NCBI GenBank assembly: GCA_041649155.1
Contig: JBAZNP010000001.1
Span: forward strand, 430,564 to 494,563
Direction: 5' to 3'
From: Patescibacteria group bacterium
GTDB lineage: Bacteria > Patescibacteriota > UBA1384 > XYA2-FULL-43-10 > 1-14-0-10-43-13
DNA length: 64,000 bases
Part shown: positions 20,144 to 30,654 of the stretch, piece after piece
Layout: the number at the start of each line of letters is the position of its first letter
Position numbering within the stretch: position 1 is the first letter of the stretch
Program-made: the position numbers and the translations under genes
The notes under the pieces: model-generated
The model's database searches: none
What the model was told of the DNA's origin: nothing
The model's input: the letters and a program-made list of their open reading frames with translations, nothing else

Positions 20144-21324
20144 GAACTATTGATATATTAAGAATATCGTGGAAGAATTTGTCCTCAAATATGATGAGGA
20201 CAATGCTTACGGTTTTGGGTATTTCTGTTGGTATCGCCACTATTGTTTTTCTGATTTCACTTGGCTTCGGATTGCAGGAACTTTCTGTAAAGAAAATTAG
20301 TTCAATATCTTCTTTGACTGCTTTGGACGTAACTCCAGCTCAGGGCTCAGTCGTTCTTAATGATGCCTCTCTAAAGGATTTTGAAAAGATACCAAATGTC
20401 GAAAAGGTCAGTCCTCTTTATTCCTTTGCTGGTCAGGCTGCTATCCAATCAAAGCAGGCCGATATTGTCGCTTATGGAGTAAACGCTGATTATTTTAGTC
20501 TGCAAGGATTAAAGACGAAAACTGGTGGAATTTTTAATGACTCCGACACTCCAATTGTAGTTTCTACGGCTTTGGCTAAAGCACTTGATGTTGGTGAAGA
20601 TGCCTTAATGTCCAAGGATTTGGACATTAAGGGCTATTTTCCAACAGAAAATTCAAGCGAAGTAACAAGTAAAGAATCGAAATATCAAGTGGTGGGGATT
20701 ATTGACGACGGTTCCAGCTCATTCGTTTATTTACCATTAAAAACAATTAAAAATCTATTAAACAATGATAGTGTTTATAATTCAGCCAAAGTAAAAGCTA
20801 ATTCAACTGATAATCTACCTGGTGTAAGAACGGTTATTGAGTCAAAGGGTTATAAGGCAGTTTCCATTGCTGATACAATCGGTCAAATCTATCAATTTTT
20901 TAAGATCATTCAGATTGTACTGGCATCTTTCGGCGCGATTGCTCTGATTGTTGCCTCAATTGGAATGTTTAACACTATGACCATTGCTCTTCTCGAGCGA
21001 ACCCGTGATATTGGGATTATGAAGGCACTGGGAGTGCAAAACGGTTCTGTGCGCAAAATGTTTTTGGCTGAATCTTTTCTTATAAGTTTCATCGGCGGAA
21101 TTGTAGGAATTCTGATGGGTCTTTTTACTGCGAAACTGGTTAATTTTATTATAAATGTTTTAGCTAAGAGTGTCGGCGGGGAACCGGAAAAACTATTTTC
21201 CACGCCAATTCTTGCTGTTTTGATAATTATTGGATTTTCAATTCTGGTTGGTGTTACGACTGGTTTTTATCCATCAAAACGTGCGGGAAAGCTTAATCCG
21301 CTGGATGCTTTGAGATACGAATAG
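20140..21324 (+). CDS. ABC transporter permease, FtsX/MacB-like, with a large extracytoplasmic domain
   Basis: 4-nt overlap with the upstream ATPase (ATGA). One N-terminal TM, a ~230-aa loop, three C-terminal TMs and an FtsX-type terminal motif. Confidence 0.75.
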   Translation: MRTIDILRISWKNLSSNMMRTMLTVLGISVGIATIVFLISLGFGLQELSVKKISSISSLTALDVTPAQGSVVLNDASLKDFEKIPNVEKVSPLYSFAGQAAIQSKQADIVAYGVNADYFSLQGLKTKTGGIFNDSDTPIVVSTALAKALDVGEDALMSKDLDIKGYFPTENSSEVTSKESKYQVVGIIDDGSSSFVYLPLKTIKNLLNNDSVYNSAKVKANSTDNLPGVRTVIESKGYKAVSIADTIGQIYQFFKIIQIVLASFGAIALIVASIGMFNTMTIALLERTRDIGIMKALGVQNGSVRKMFLAESFLISFIGGIVGILMGLFTAKLVNFIINVLAKSVGGEPEKLFSTPILAVLIIIGFSILVGVTTGFYPSKRAGKLNPLDALRYE

Positions 21325-21325
21325 G

Positions 21326-21440
21326 CGCAAGTTGTCAGTTAATCAGTTAATCAGTTAATCAGTTAATCAGTTAATCAGTTAATCAGTTAATCAGTAATAA
21401 CTATTAGAGGTTACTAGCGACAACTTACAACTTATTTACT
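21326..21440. repeat. Octamer microsatellite (TTAATCAG, about 8 copies) fused to a MITE-like core (CAGTAATAACTATTAGAGGTTACTAGCGACAAC) and ACAACTTA repeats
   Basis: Tandem copies seen at 21343-21405. The core matches 2170-2205 and 22330-22360. Confidence 0.65.
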
Positions 21441-21464
21441 TACAACTTATAATAGGGAGGGATC

Positions 21465-22085
21465 ATGAAATTAAATTTTAAAAAGCAACATTTTGGCGTA
21501 GTGACTGTTGTGTTTTTAGTTTTAATCATCGTTGCTTTGATTGTGGCTTTTCCGAAAACCAGAAATGGGATAAAGGATGTCATGAATATAAAAAGTTCTG
21601 ATGAGCTAATTTCAGAGGCAGCTGAAGCGCAAAAAACAGGAGATAAGGCAAAAGCAATAACTTTGTACGAAGATGCTTTGGAAAAAGACGGATCGAATGC
21701 TAAGGTCAGGAACGATTTGTCAATTTTGTATTATGAAAATAAAAACTATGACAAGTCTGTTGAATCTTGGAAAAAAGCTGCTGAGTCTAATCCCAATGAC
21801 AGAATTGCCTTAAACTTTTTGGCCAATTCTTACAGGGAGATAGGTAATAATGAAGAGGCAATTAAATATTACAAGCTAGCGATTGAAGCGGGGAACACTG
21901 ACAGTGCGGGCAACCTGGTGACAATCTACAATCTTGAAGGCAAATATGATGAGTCTATTGCCCTTCTTAACTCATTAATTGAAAAATATCCGGACGATAT
22001 AATTTTAAAGCGACTTTTAGCTTCCACCTACAGCAAAAAAGGTGATACTGTAAAGGCAGATGAAATATTAGCAGCAATTAGATAA
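21465..22085 (+). CDS. TPR-repeat protein with an N-terminal membrane anchor
   Basis: N-terminal TM (VVTVVFLVLIIVALIVAF) followed by TPR-like 34-residue repeats (AITLYEDALEKD..., AIKYYKLAIEAG...). Confidence 0.55.
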   Translation: MKLNFKKQHFGVVTVVFLVLIIVALIVAFPKTRNGIKDVMNIKSSDELISEAAEAQKTGDKAKAITLYEDALEKDGSNAKVRNDLSILYYENKNYDKSVESWKKAAESNPNDRIALNFLANSYREIGNNEEAIKYYKLAIEAGNTDSAGNLVTIYNLEGKYDESIALLNSLIEKYPDDIILKRLLASTYSKKGDTVKADEILAAIR

Positions 22086-22381
22086 GTAAGTTATCTCAGC
22101 CAGACCTGCCTGCCGGTAGGCAGGGGCTGATCCGCCTTTGGCGGAAGTTCTCAGTTAATCAGTTACTGAAAAATGATAGTGAGAGAGTAGTCCACAGTTT
22201 GGACTGCTCTTTTTGATGTGTTTTTAAGATATAATAAAACTAAGCGCAGGAATGGGCAGTTTTTGAAGTAAAATGAGCAGTTGCCACCGCCTCTGGCGGG
22301 GTCCGCAAAAAGCGGGATAAGTAAATCAGTAATAGCTATTGGAAGTGACTACTTTCTACTGACAATTTAAGAGCGAGGGGC

Positions 22382-25300
22382 ATGGAGGAATTAGATAAAA
22401 AACAGTTAGACGAGATTGCGCAACAAAAAGAATACCTCATTAGGCGTGAGGAGCTTTTGGATTTGAAAATTAATGCCATTCAGAAGTCAACAAAAACTAA
22501 CATCAAAAGACTTCAACCTCTTCATGAAAAACTAAGAGCCAAGTGGAGATGGTATTATAAGTGGCATCTTTCTCCTTGGTCAAATATTCTCCATTATTTT
22601 GTTCTAATTACCGTTCTTACTGGTTTCAGTTTCTCTGCATTTACCCAAATGGGATCATTCTTTTCTATCCAAAGGGCTAGAGCTGCTGCTTTTACTTCTG
22701 TGGCCGATGGGGCTTGGAGTGATCAGTGTACATGGATTGTCACATGTGATAGCGGAACTCCCGGAGCTAGTGATTCTGTCACAATTAATCATGCCGTCAC
22801 GGTTTCTGCTGATGTTTCTGTCGGAGGAATCACAGTTAGCGATACAAAAACTTTAAGCATAAACACAGGAATAACCATTACCGCTTCTGGCGCAGTCGAT
22901 CTGGGAATCTCCGGGACAGTATCTGGAGCTGGTACTCTAACTCTCCCTGACGGAGCAGGAGCACTGCTTGATCTTGATGGTACGCTAAGCAGTAAGGTTC
23001 GCTTTGACACCGTCACAGCTGACGTCGCCATTCCGGCTAGAACTTACGGTGGAGTTGTTGAAGTATATAACAATACAGCTACGAATTATAATGCTACTCT
23101 TGGAACTACAAGTGGACAAACAATCACTTTCAGTAACAACTTTAATCCTATTACTGATTCAACTGGCCAAATTTTACTTAAAGCTGATACCTATAATCCA
23201 AGTATTAATGTTGTCGGTAGCTACACTACCACCAAGAATAGTACAGGCGTGATCACTACAAATATGGGCTCAGGCACATGGACCGTTTCCGGCAGCTGGA
23301 ACACCTGTCAGGGCAATGCAGGAATCGTGAACAAAGGCACCTCTACTTTGATTCTAAATGGCAGCAATCAGAGCATATCTGTTGCCAACGGTAGCAGTGT
23401 TTTTTATAATTTAACTATTAGCGGCACTATTAACCCGAAAAATGATTACAGTGGTACGCCCTATGTAGCTCATCAATTTACTGTTACAAGTGGTGCTGTT
23501 TTAACATTGGGCTCTAGCGCTGGAACGCTTGTTGAAAATGGAGGTACTGTCTCGTTAGGGGATTTTTCAACAATTACCGGTACAGGGATACTAATTTTAC
23601 AAGGTAGCTCCGGTTCTTCTCTGGGAACAAATGGAACGATTAGCTCAACCGTAAAATTTGACAGTAATGGTATAGATGGAGGTGTTGCTGCCCGAGACTA
23701 CTATGGGCCAGTCATTTTGAGTGATTGTGCTTATTCTAATAGAACTTTAACCTTGGGTACTGCCATTAGCCAAACGATTAACTTCCACTCTGACGTGACA
23801 ATTAAAACCTGGTGTGGAGGTACTGCTACGCTTGCCGTTACTGCTGCTACGTACAACCCGAACATTAATATTTTAGGCAATTTGACAGTTTCTCAATTGG
23901 CTGGCACAACAATTACGACTAATATGGGTTCTTCCACTTGGACAGTTTATGGCAATGTCGATCTAACTGGTTCTACAATTACTCCCGGCACTTCCATTAT
24001 GAATATGGCTAAGATGTCAGGTATCCAAACATTAAATACTGGTAACACTTCACTTGGTAGTGTTGTTCATATAGGTAGCGGCACGCTTCAAGCAGTTACT
24101 AATAATGCCGGCATGGCAAACTTTACTGCTCCTGTTACTTATTCAAAAATCAAAACTATTATCATAGATCACACTAAAGTTGGCGAAGCCCTAACTGATT
24201 TCCCGATGCTCTATTCAGTTACTGATGTCAACTTGAAAACTGTTGTTAACGGCGGAAGCGTTACTAATGCCAATGGTTATGATATTATTTTTACCGATTC
24301 AAATGGTGCCAAGCTCGATCATGAATTGGAAAAATATGATGCCACGACCGGAGAGCTGACTGCATGGATTAAAATTCCTTCATTATCAAATACAGTTGAT
24401 ACAACTCTGAATCTTCTTTACGGTAACTCCACTATTTCAACTTCTCAAGAAAATAAAACTGGCGTTTGGAGCAATGGATATGCAGCGGTTTGGCATATGA
24501 ATGAGGGCTCGGGAAATATTAATGATTCCACTGCTGGAGTAAATTATGGCACCACTACAAATGTCACTTATGGTGCAAGCGGAAAGATTGGATCTGCAAC
24601 AAGCTACAATCGTACAGGCAGAATAAATATTACTACAAGCCCGGTGATCGCAGGAACGTTTACGTACGAAGGATGGACCAAACCTACCAATCCTGAAAAT
24701 GATACTTTAGTTTTTGTTGGATCGAGATCTCCTGAAACGCATGGCTTTAACTTGAAGTATAATTGGGCAAAAATTCAAGGAGATTTAGGTAACGGTACGA
24801 GCTGGATAAGTGGTTTTGGCCAAACAACCGGGTTTTCTCCAGTGAGTGGTACTTGGTATCATGTCGTACTCGTTGTCACGCCTACAACTTGGCAATATTA
24901 TGTAGATGGTGTGCCCAAAGGAAACGGGAGTCTTTCGGGGTCGTCCATTCCAATATTTTCAGATTCTCAACATCTAATAGCTATAGGAGCAGGAGGACAA
25001 GAAGGAGGCGATCCGTTTGTTGGATCAATAGATGATTCAAGGATATCGCCAGTTGCTCGTTCTGCCGGGTGGATTTCTACTGAATATGCCAACCAAAATA
25101 TCCCTTCAGCCTTTTATTCTACAGGCGCAGAAGCAGCTACGACACCGACCATCGATGCTAATGGCTTGTCTTTCAATGTTGGTGGAAATTTTGTTGGTAA
25201 TTCTCAGCAAACTTTTTCTTCAACTGGCACTTTGGCTATGATCTCAACTACTACTGGTCATACTATTGCAGCAAATGGTATGACGATTCCAAATATTTCA

Positions 25301-28300
25301 TTTTCTGGCACAAATGGGAGATGGTCCTTTTCTGATAATACAACTATTTTAGGGAGTCTTACTATAAATTCAGGTGCTATTTTGGACGGTGGTACAAGAA
25401 CTATAACTGTTGGGGATAATACAGGAACTGATGACTGGATCAACAATGGTACATTTAATTACGATACTTCAACTGTTAACTTAATCGGAACAGGAAATAT
25501 CAGCAGAACTGCTTTTAAAGATCATGCCTTTTTTAATTTAACCGCGGCAGCAGCCGGAAAAACTACTACAGCAAGTTTGTATTCTACCATATCAGTATAT
25601 GGTACTTGTACCTTTGGCTCAGGCACGTTCAATGCTCCTACCTCAACTGACAAACTACTTGCTTTTTCGTCTGGCGGAACACCGTTTGTTACAGCTGGCG
25701 CAACATTAACAGGCAAGATTGGGTATGGATCAAGCAATACAACCAATATCGCAGCTACAACGTATGATATATTGTTAATCCAAGCAAGTAACGGCGCAAT
25801 TAATACTGCAGCTGGAAACATAACAGCTAACTCCATTATCTTGAGGCATGGAACAGGAGTGAGCGGTTCTTTTGATACCAACGGTCACGATCTAACCGTG
25901 ACTGGTGATCTAGACATCGGACAAGATAGTTATAACAGAAAAAATACTTTCAAACCCAGCGCAGGAGGCAATATAAATGTGGGGGGGAATGTTAATATTA
26001 ATTTAGATACAGCGACAGGTAATAATGCTATTGATTTATCTTCTTTTACCGGCACTTTTAACGTGGCCGGTAATTTCACCAATAACGACACTTTCACGGC
26101 TGGCAATTCTACCGTCAATTTCACTGGTGTCAACCAAACAATCACAGGCTCAACCACGTTCTACAATTTCAGCAAAACAGATACGACGAATGATTCCACT
26201 GACAAAACATTAACCTTTGCAACTGGTTCAACTACAACAATAAGTAACAACCTAACTCTAACCGGATTAGACGATAATGACAGAGTAAATCTGGTTTCTT
26301 CTTCGCCTGGTACGACATATAATTTAGCAGGTCTTTCTGGCGCGAAGACGATTTCCTGGGTTGATGTTAAAGATTCAATCGCTTCCGCTGAAATAGTTGC
26401 TTCAGAAAGTAAAGACTCTGGCAATAATACCAATTGGAATTTGGTAAAAACATTAACTTTTTCCGTCACACCATTAACTGGAACTGTAAATTCTCCGCTA
26501 GCTGCCGCTATCACTGCCAAAGATGGGACAGGGGCCGCAACTAACGCAATTGGAGATGGAATTATTTTATCTGCTGACTCTGGGACTATTACACCTAGCA
26601 CTGTTACTCAGGCCAACATGACGGGTGGTTCATGGACTAGTAATATCGCTCTCGATGCAGTAGGCGATAGAACAGTCACTGCCACTTTAACAGGATTAAC
26701 TCCTCTAACTGATACAATCATCATTTCACCCGATGTGCTCGATCACTTCGTTATTTCCGGTGTTCCCGCATCAGTTACAGTACAGTCTTCCTTTACTAAT
26801 CCAATTATAGTTACCGCTTACGATGCTTGGGGTAATATCAAGATAGATTATGTTGGCCAAATTTACTTCACCTCTACTGATGGGGCAGCCACACTTCCAT
26901 ATACATCGGGGAGCAAATACATTTTTACCGGTCTTGATGCCGGTTATCATTCTTTTCCTGGTTCCGGTTTCAAATTAAACTCTACCGGTACCTATACAAT
27001 ATCAGTTACTGATTCTGTTGCTGCTATTACTGAAGAATCGAGCAGTATCACATCCAATCCTGCTGCTTTGGGTTCATTTATAATCTCCGGTTATCCTGTT
27101 TCAACTGTTGCTGGTGATGCTTTTGCCACTCCAGCTAACGATATCACGGTCACAGCCAAAGACATTTATGGAAATGTTAAAACCGATTATACTGGAGATC
27201 TCTGGTTTACAACCACCGATGCTTCAGGTTCGGTAGTTTTACCTTACACTTCCGGCAGTCACTATACTTTTGTCGGAGGCGATAGTGGCGTTCGTATGTT
27301 TGCCGGTTCCGGTTTCACATTAATAACTGCTAACGGCACCAAAACAATCTCTGCAACAAATGGATCGGTTGCTGTCACTTCCAGCCCAATTACTATTAAT
27401 CCAGCTACACTTCACCATTTTACACTTGGAGATTATCCTCAGGCTTCGGCTAATCAATTCGCGACAGCCGGATATGACTGGTCAACCACCGGCACGGGTG
27501 GCGGGTCAAATGCTCCATATGATATAGTCGTGACTGCTTATGACAACTTTGGGAATGTTAAACAGGATTTTGCCGGTACGGTCTGGTTTACCATTGAGAA
27601 TGGCATTACTTCTGCTTTTCCATATGATTCTGCTGAAAATTCATATACCTTTAGCACAAATGGCGGAAGTGTAAGAACGACTAAGGCAGATAGTTCTGAT
27701 AATGGCAGACATATTTTTGACGCCAATACGTTCACAATTTCCACAGCAGATCCGTCAGCTGATTTTACAGTCAATACTTCTGGGATATCTTCAACTTTCC
27801 AGATTAAAATTAAGCCTGCTTCTATTGCTTCAGTTACTGTTACACTCAATCCTACTTTTTCAAACAAACTCGTCGACACACAATTAACTGAAAATGTTAT
27901 TATTACGGCTTACGACTCTGCAGGCAATGTTAAAACGGATTATGAAGGTGATATTTATTTCACCTCATCTGATACATCTGCTGCTTTGCCTTATACAGAA
28001 CAAAACAAATGCACCTTTTCTCTTCTCGATGGTGGCACAAAAACATTTACTTCAGCCAATACCCCAACCAACTATTTTAATTTTCACACAGGTGGTAATC
28101 ATACCTTAAGCGTAGTAGCGGAGGCTGATGTTGATACGATTGTTGGGAATTCCTCAACTTTTACAATCTCTGCTCATACTTCGACCAGTGTTCAGGCTAC
28201 TGCTGGCCATACTCAAGCCATTTTGGACTGGCTCAATCCGACTGATCCGGCTGTTTCTAATATGAATATCTATCAATCTGATACAGAAGGAGTATTGGGA

Positions 28301-30619
28301 TCGAAAATTGCCTCTCCTTCTGTTAATGCCGGAACATATTCTCAATACATTGTGACTGGTTTAAATAACGGTCAGACCTACTACTTTACACTTAAAGCTG
28401 TTGTTAAGACTCCCCAGCAGATAGAGGTGGAGTCGATCGCTTCAGATCAGGTCTCGGCTATGCCGGCCGACATTGCGGCCAGAAATATTTCCGCTATTCA
28501 ATTAGCTGATGACAGAGTTAAAGTGGATTATGATTTGAGATACGACTCAACAGTCTCTATTCAATACTACAATCCGGATACCTCGACATGGGCCAGCGCT
28601 TCAACCGGAGCTCAGACGGGGGATGTGGGGGCGGGTCAAACTGGCACAGAAGGATTAACTAGTCATACAGCTTACTGGACAGCTAAAACTGACTTTAATA
28701 CTAAGTATTATTCCTCTTCTCAGGGTTTTAAGATTAGAGTAAAGGTAGTCGTCCCAAGTCAGGGTGATTCTCAAGCAACTTCACCAAGTCCGTCTTTTCA
28801 ACTTGATACAAAAGATCCGTTCAGCACTTCTTTAACTGTTGATGCATCGGGTGATTCTACGGCTAATTTAACAATTGCAGCTTCTGAAAATGGTTCCAAT
28901 ACAATTACGATGATGATTGCCAATGAGCCTACATTTGCAGGCAAAACATATCAAGCTTATGCGACTTCGATTACAAACTGGAACCTGGAAGACAAGAGCG
29001 TTGTTTATATTAGGTTTAAAGATCCGTATTCAAATACTACAACTATCCATACTGATTTAGTGCCGGTAGTAGATAATTTTATGATAAAAGATAATTCTGA
29101 TTTACGAACTCCTGCATACCAGTTGGTGGTGAGCTGGGCGGATAGCACGATAGATAATTTTGATCGTTATATTATTGAAAGGCAGGTCGATAATGGAGCA
29201 TTTAGCGAGCTAGTACGAACAAACCAGCCGGCCCATCTTGATATTAAGCTTTCAAAAGAGAACTTATATGGTTATAGAGTGAAGGTTCTTGATCAAAATG
29301 GTAATATTTCCCGTCCGACTGCAGTGTTGTCATCAAAGCCGGGTCTTGCTCCTGATGTAACCGGAACTCCAAGCGTCGAGGTCTTTGGATATAAGCAGGA
29401 TGTGGGTGTTAGGGTGACAGTGAAGTGGAATACTGATCAACTTTCGGATTCATTTGTGGCTTTCTCTACTGAAACTCTTGATGCGGGTCAAAATACACTG
29501 ACAACTTCAGGTCAAAATGCCAATATCATCGGTCAGCTTGATCGTTCAAGTACTCATGAAGTAACAATCACTAATCTTTTGCCTGGCAAAAAATATTCAA
29601 TGAAGGCTCTCTCTCAGAATGATCAGAAAATTACTGGTTATTCGAACATATTCGAGGTAAATACTCCGGAGTATTTACCTTTGCAGATCAAGAGTCTCGA
29701 GTTTACAGACATTCGTCCTGATTCTGTCTGGATTAACTGGCAAACTAACAAAGTTTCAACTACGGAACTCTTCTATGGTTTGGGCAGTAGTTTCGATAAG
29801 GTTCTGAATGATGATACCTTGAATACTGATCATAAGTTTAAAGTTGAGAATTTAACTCCTGGACAGGATTACAAGCTTAAAGTAGTTGCGGCAGATGAAG
29901 ATGGTAACGTTGTTAATTCCGATGAGTATGAATTGACTCCGCCAGCAGAACCTATTGTTTCGGGGGTTTCGGTGTCGGATATACTTAATAATCAGGCTAC
30001 GGTTAAATGGACAACCAATGTTAATACGGATTCAAATGTCGAATATGGATTAGATACTAGTTATGGCGCTCAGTCCGGCAAGTCTGACATGACAACTCAG
30101 CATTCAGTTACATTATTGGGTCTTGAAGGAAAAACTACTTATCATATTAAGGTAAAATCTAAAGATGTTTATGGTAAAGAAGCGGTTGCAGGAGACATGG
30201 CCTTCACTACAACAGCAGACAACGATCCTCCTAAATTAGTGGAAGTTCAATCCCAGCTCTCTCAGGTTGATTCTCCTCAGGGACCAAAATACCAGACAGT
30301 AATATCCTGGAAGACTGACGAAGGTTCAACCAGTCAGGTTGAATTTGGCGATAACGCTGCCGGTAAATATTCCAAATCTACGGCGGAAGATCCTTCTCTT
30401 AACATGACTCACGTCGTTATTCTTTCTGATTTGAAGCCAAATTCAGCTTATTCATACAGAGTCGTTTCTAAAGACAAATCAGGCAATGAGGCTAGATCAC
30501 AGAATTATACAATCATCACGCCTCCTCAGGAAAAATCACTGGTTCAGGTTGTTATAAGTAGTCTTTCAGAAACTTTCTCATGGGTTGGAAAATTAAGAAG
30601 CAAGTGGTTTGGAAATTAG
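22382..30619 (+). CDS. Giant (2745 aa) membrane-anchored cell-surface protein with beta-helix/T-rich repeats, a LamG (concanavalin-A-like) domain, multiple Ig-like (Big) repeats and C-terminal fibronectin type III repeats
   Basis: N-terminal coiled-coil plus one TM. LamG_3-type signature DDSRISPVARSAGWISTEYANQ at about 25030-25090. Repeated TAYD.WGN.K.DY.G...FTS.D......PYTS modules (Big-like) at about 26700-28100. FN3-like repeats with W..N......VEYG...Y and LKPNSAYSYRV from about 29300. Confidence 0.65.
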   Translation: MEELDKKQLDEIAQQKEYLIRREELLDLKINAIQKSTKTNIKRLQPLHEKLRAKWRWYYKWHLSPWSNILHYFVLITVLTGFSFSAFTQMGSFFSIQRARAAAFTSVADGAWSDQCTWIVTCDSGTPGASDSVTINHAVTVSADVSVGGITVSDTKTLSINTGITITASGAVDLGISGTVSGAGTLTLPDGAGALLDLDGTLSSKVRFDTVTADVAIPARTYGGVVEVYNNTATNYNATLGTTSGQTITFSNNFNPITDSTGQILLKADTYNPSINVVGSYTTTKNSTGVITTNMGSGTWTVSGSWNTCQGNAGIVNKGTSTLILNGSNQSISVANGSSVFYNLTISGTINPKNDYSGTPYVAHQFTVTSGAVLTLGSSAGTLVENGGTVSLGDFSTITGTGILILQGSSGSSLGTNGTISSTVKFDSNGIDGGVAARDYYGPVILSDCAYSNRTLTLGTAISQTINFHSDVTIKTWCGGTATLAVTAATYNPNINILGNLTVSQLAGTTITTNMGSSTWTVYGNVDLTGSTITPGTSIMNMAKMSGIQTLNTGNTSLGSVVHIGSGTLQAVTNNAGMANFTAPVTYSKIKTIIIDHTKVGEALTDFPMLYSVTDVNLKTVVNGGSVTNANGYDIIFTDSNGAKLDHELEKYDATTGELTAWIKIPSLSNTVDTTLNLLYGNSTISTSQENKTGVWSNGYAAVWHMNEGSGNINDSTAGVNYGTTTNVTYGASGKIGSATSYNRTGRINITTSPVIAGTFTYEGWTKPTNPENDTLVFVGSRSPETHGFNLKYNWAKIQGDLGNGTSWISGFGQTTGFSPVSGTWYHVVLVVTPTTWQYYVDGVPKGNGSLSGSSIPIFSDSQHLIAIGAGGQEGGDPFVGSIDDSRISPVARSAGWISTEYANQNIPSAFYSTGAEAATTPTIDANGLSFNVGGNFVGNSQQTFSSTGTLAMISTTTGHTIAANGMTIPNISFSGTNGRWSFSDNTTILGSLTINSGAILDGGTRTITVGDNTGTDDWINNGTFNYDTSTVNLIGTGNISRTAFKDHAFFNLTAAAAGKTTTASLYSTISVYGTCTFGSGTFNAPTSTDKLLAFSSGGTPFVTAGATLTGKIGYGSSNTTNIAATTYDILLIQASNGAINTAAGNITANSIILRHGTGVSGSFDTNGHDLTVTGDLDIGQDSYNRKNTFKPSAGGNINVGGNVNINLDTATGNNAIDLSSFTGTFNVAGNFTNNDTFTAGNSTVNFTGVNQTITGSTTFYNFSKTDTTNDSTDKTLTFATGSTTTISNNLTLTGLDDNDRVNLVSSSPGTTYNLAGLSGAKTISWVDVKDSIASAEIVASESKDSGNNTNWNLVKTLTFSVTPLTGTVNSPLAAAITAKDGTGAATNAIGDGIILSADSGTITPSTVTQANMTGGSWTSNIALDAVGDRTVTATLTGLTPLTDTIIISPDVLDHFVISGVPASVTVQSSFTNPIIVTAYDAWGNIKIDYVGQIYFTSTDGAATLPYTSGSKYIFTGLDAGYHSFPGSGFKLNSTGTYTISVTDSVAAITEESSSITSNPAALGSFIISGYPVSTVAGDAFATPANDITVTAKDIYGNVKTDYTGDLWFTTTDASGSVVLPYTSGSHYTFVGGDSGVRMFAGSGFTLITANGTKTISATNGSVAVTSSPITINPATLHHFTLGDYPQASANQFATAGYDWSTTGTGGGSNAPYDIVVTAYDNFGNVKQDFAGTVWFTIENGITSAFPYDSAENSYTFSTNGGSVRTTKADSSDNGRHIFDANTFTISTADPSADFTVNTSGISSTFQIKIKPASIASVTVTLNPTFSNKLVDTQLTENVIITAYDSAGNVKTDYEGDIYFTSSDTSAALPYTEQNKCTFSLLDGGTKTFTSANTPTNYFNFHTGGNHTLSVVAEADVDTIVGNSSTFTISAHTSTSVQATAGHTQAILDWLNPTDPAVSNMNIYQSDTEGVLGSKIASPSVNAGTYSQYIVTGLNNGQTYYFTLKAVVKTPQQIEVESIASDQVSAMPADIAARNISAIQLADDRVKVDYDLRYDSTVSIQYYNPDTSTWASASTGAQTGDVGAGQTGTEGLTSHTAYWTAKTDFNTKYYSSSQGFKIRVKVVVPSQGDSQATSPSPSFQLDTKDPFSTSLTVDASGDSTANLTIAASENGSNTITMMIANEPTFAGKTYQAYATSITNWNLEDKSVVYIRFKDPYSNTTTIHTDLVPVVDNFMIKDNSDLRTPAYQLVVSWADSTIDNFDRYIIERQVDNGAFSELVRTNQPAHLDIKLSKENLYGYRVKVLDQNGNISRPTAVLSSKPGLAPDVTGTPSVEVFGYKQDVGVRVTVKWNTDQLSDSFVAFSTETLDAGQNTLTTSGQNANIIGQLDRSSTHEVTITNLLPGKKYSMKALSQNDQKITGYSNIFEVNTPEYLPLQIKSLEFTDIRPDSVWINWQTNKVSTTELFYGLGSSFDKVLNDDTLNTDHKFKVENLTPGQDYKLKVVAADEDGNVVNSDEYELTPPAEPIVSGVSVSDILNNQATVKWTTNVNTDSNVEYGLDTSYGAQSGKSDMTTQHSVTLLGLEGKTTYHIKVKSKDVYGKEAVAGDMAFTTTADNDPPKLVEVQSQLSQVDSPQGPKYQTVISWKTDEGSTSQVEFGDNAAGKYSKSTAEDPSLNMTHVVILSDLKPNSAYSYRVVSKDKSGNEARSQNYTIITPPQEKSLVQVVISSLSETFSWVGKLRSKWFGN

Positions 30620-30654
30620 GGTTAGTATTAAGTATTTAGTATCAAGGAAAAACC

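Noticed and set aside
21343-21405. Possible CRISPR array suggested by the tandem TTAATCAG copies and other heptamer arrays
   Set aside because: The units are 7-8 nt with no unique spacers of 25-40 nt between repeats, and no cas genes are in the window. They are microsatellite/MITE components, not CRISPR.
22789-28345. Numerous 60-146-aa ORFs on both strands inside the 8.2-kb giant gene (for example 25522-25881 minus and 26161-26601 minus)
   Set aside because: They are alternative-frame artefacts of a long repetitive T/S/G/V-rich coding region and have no independent signals.
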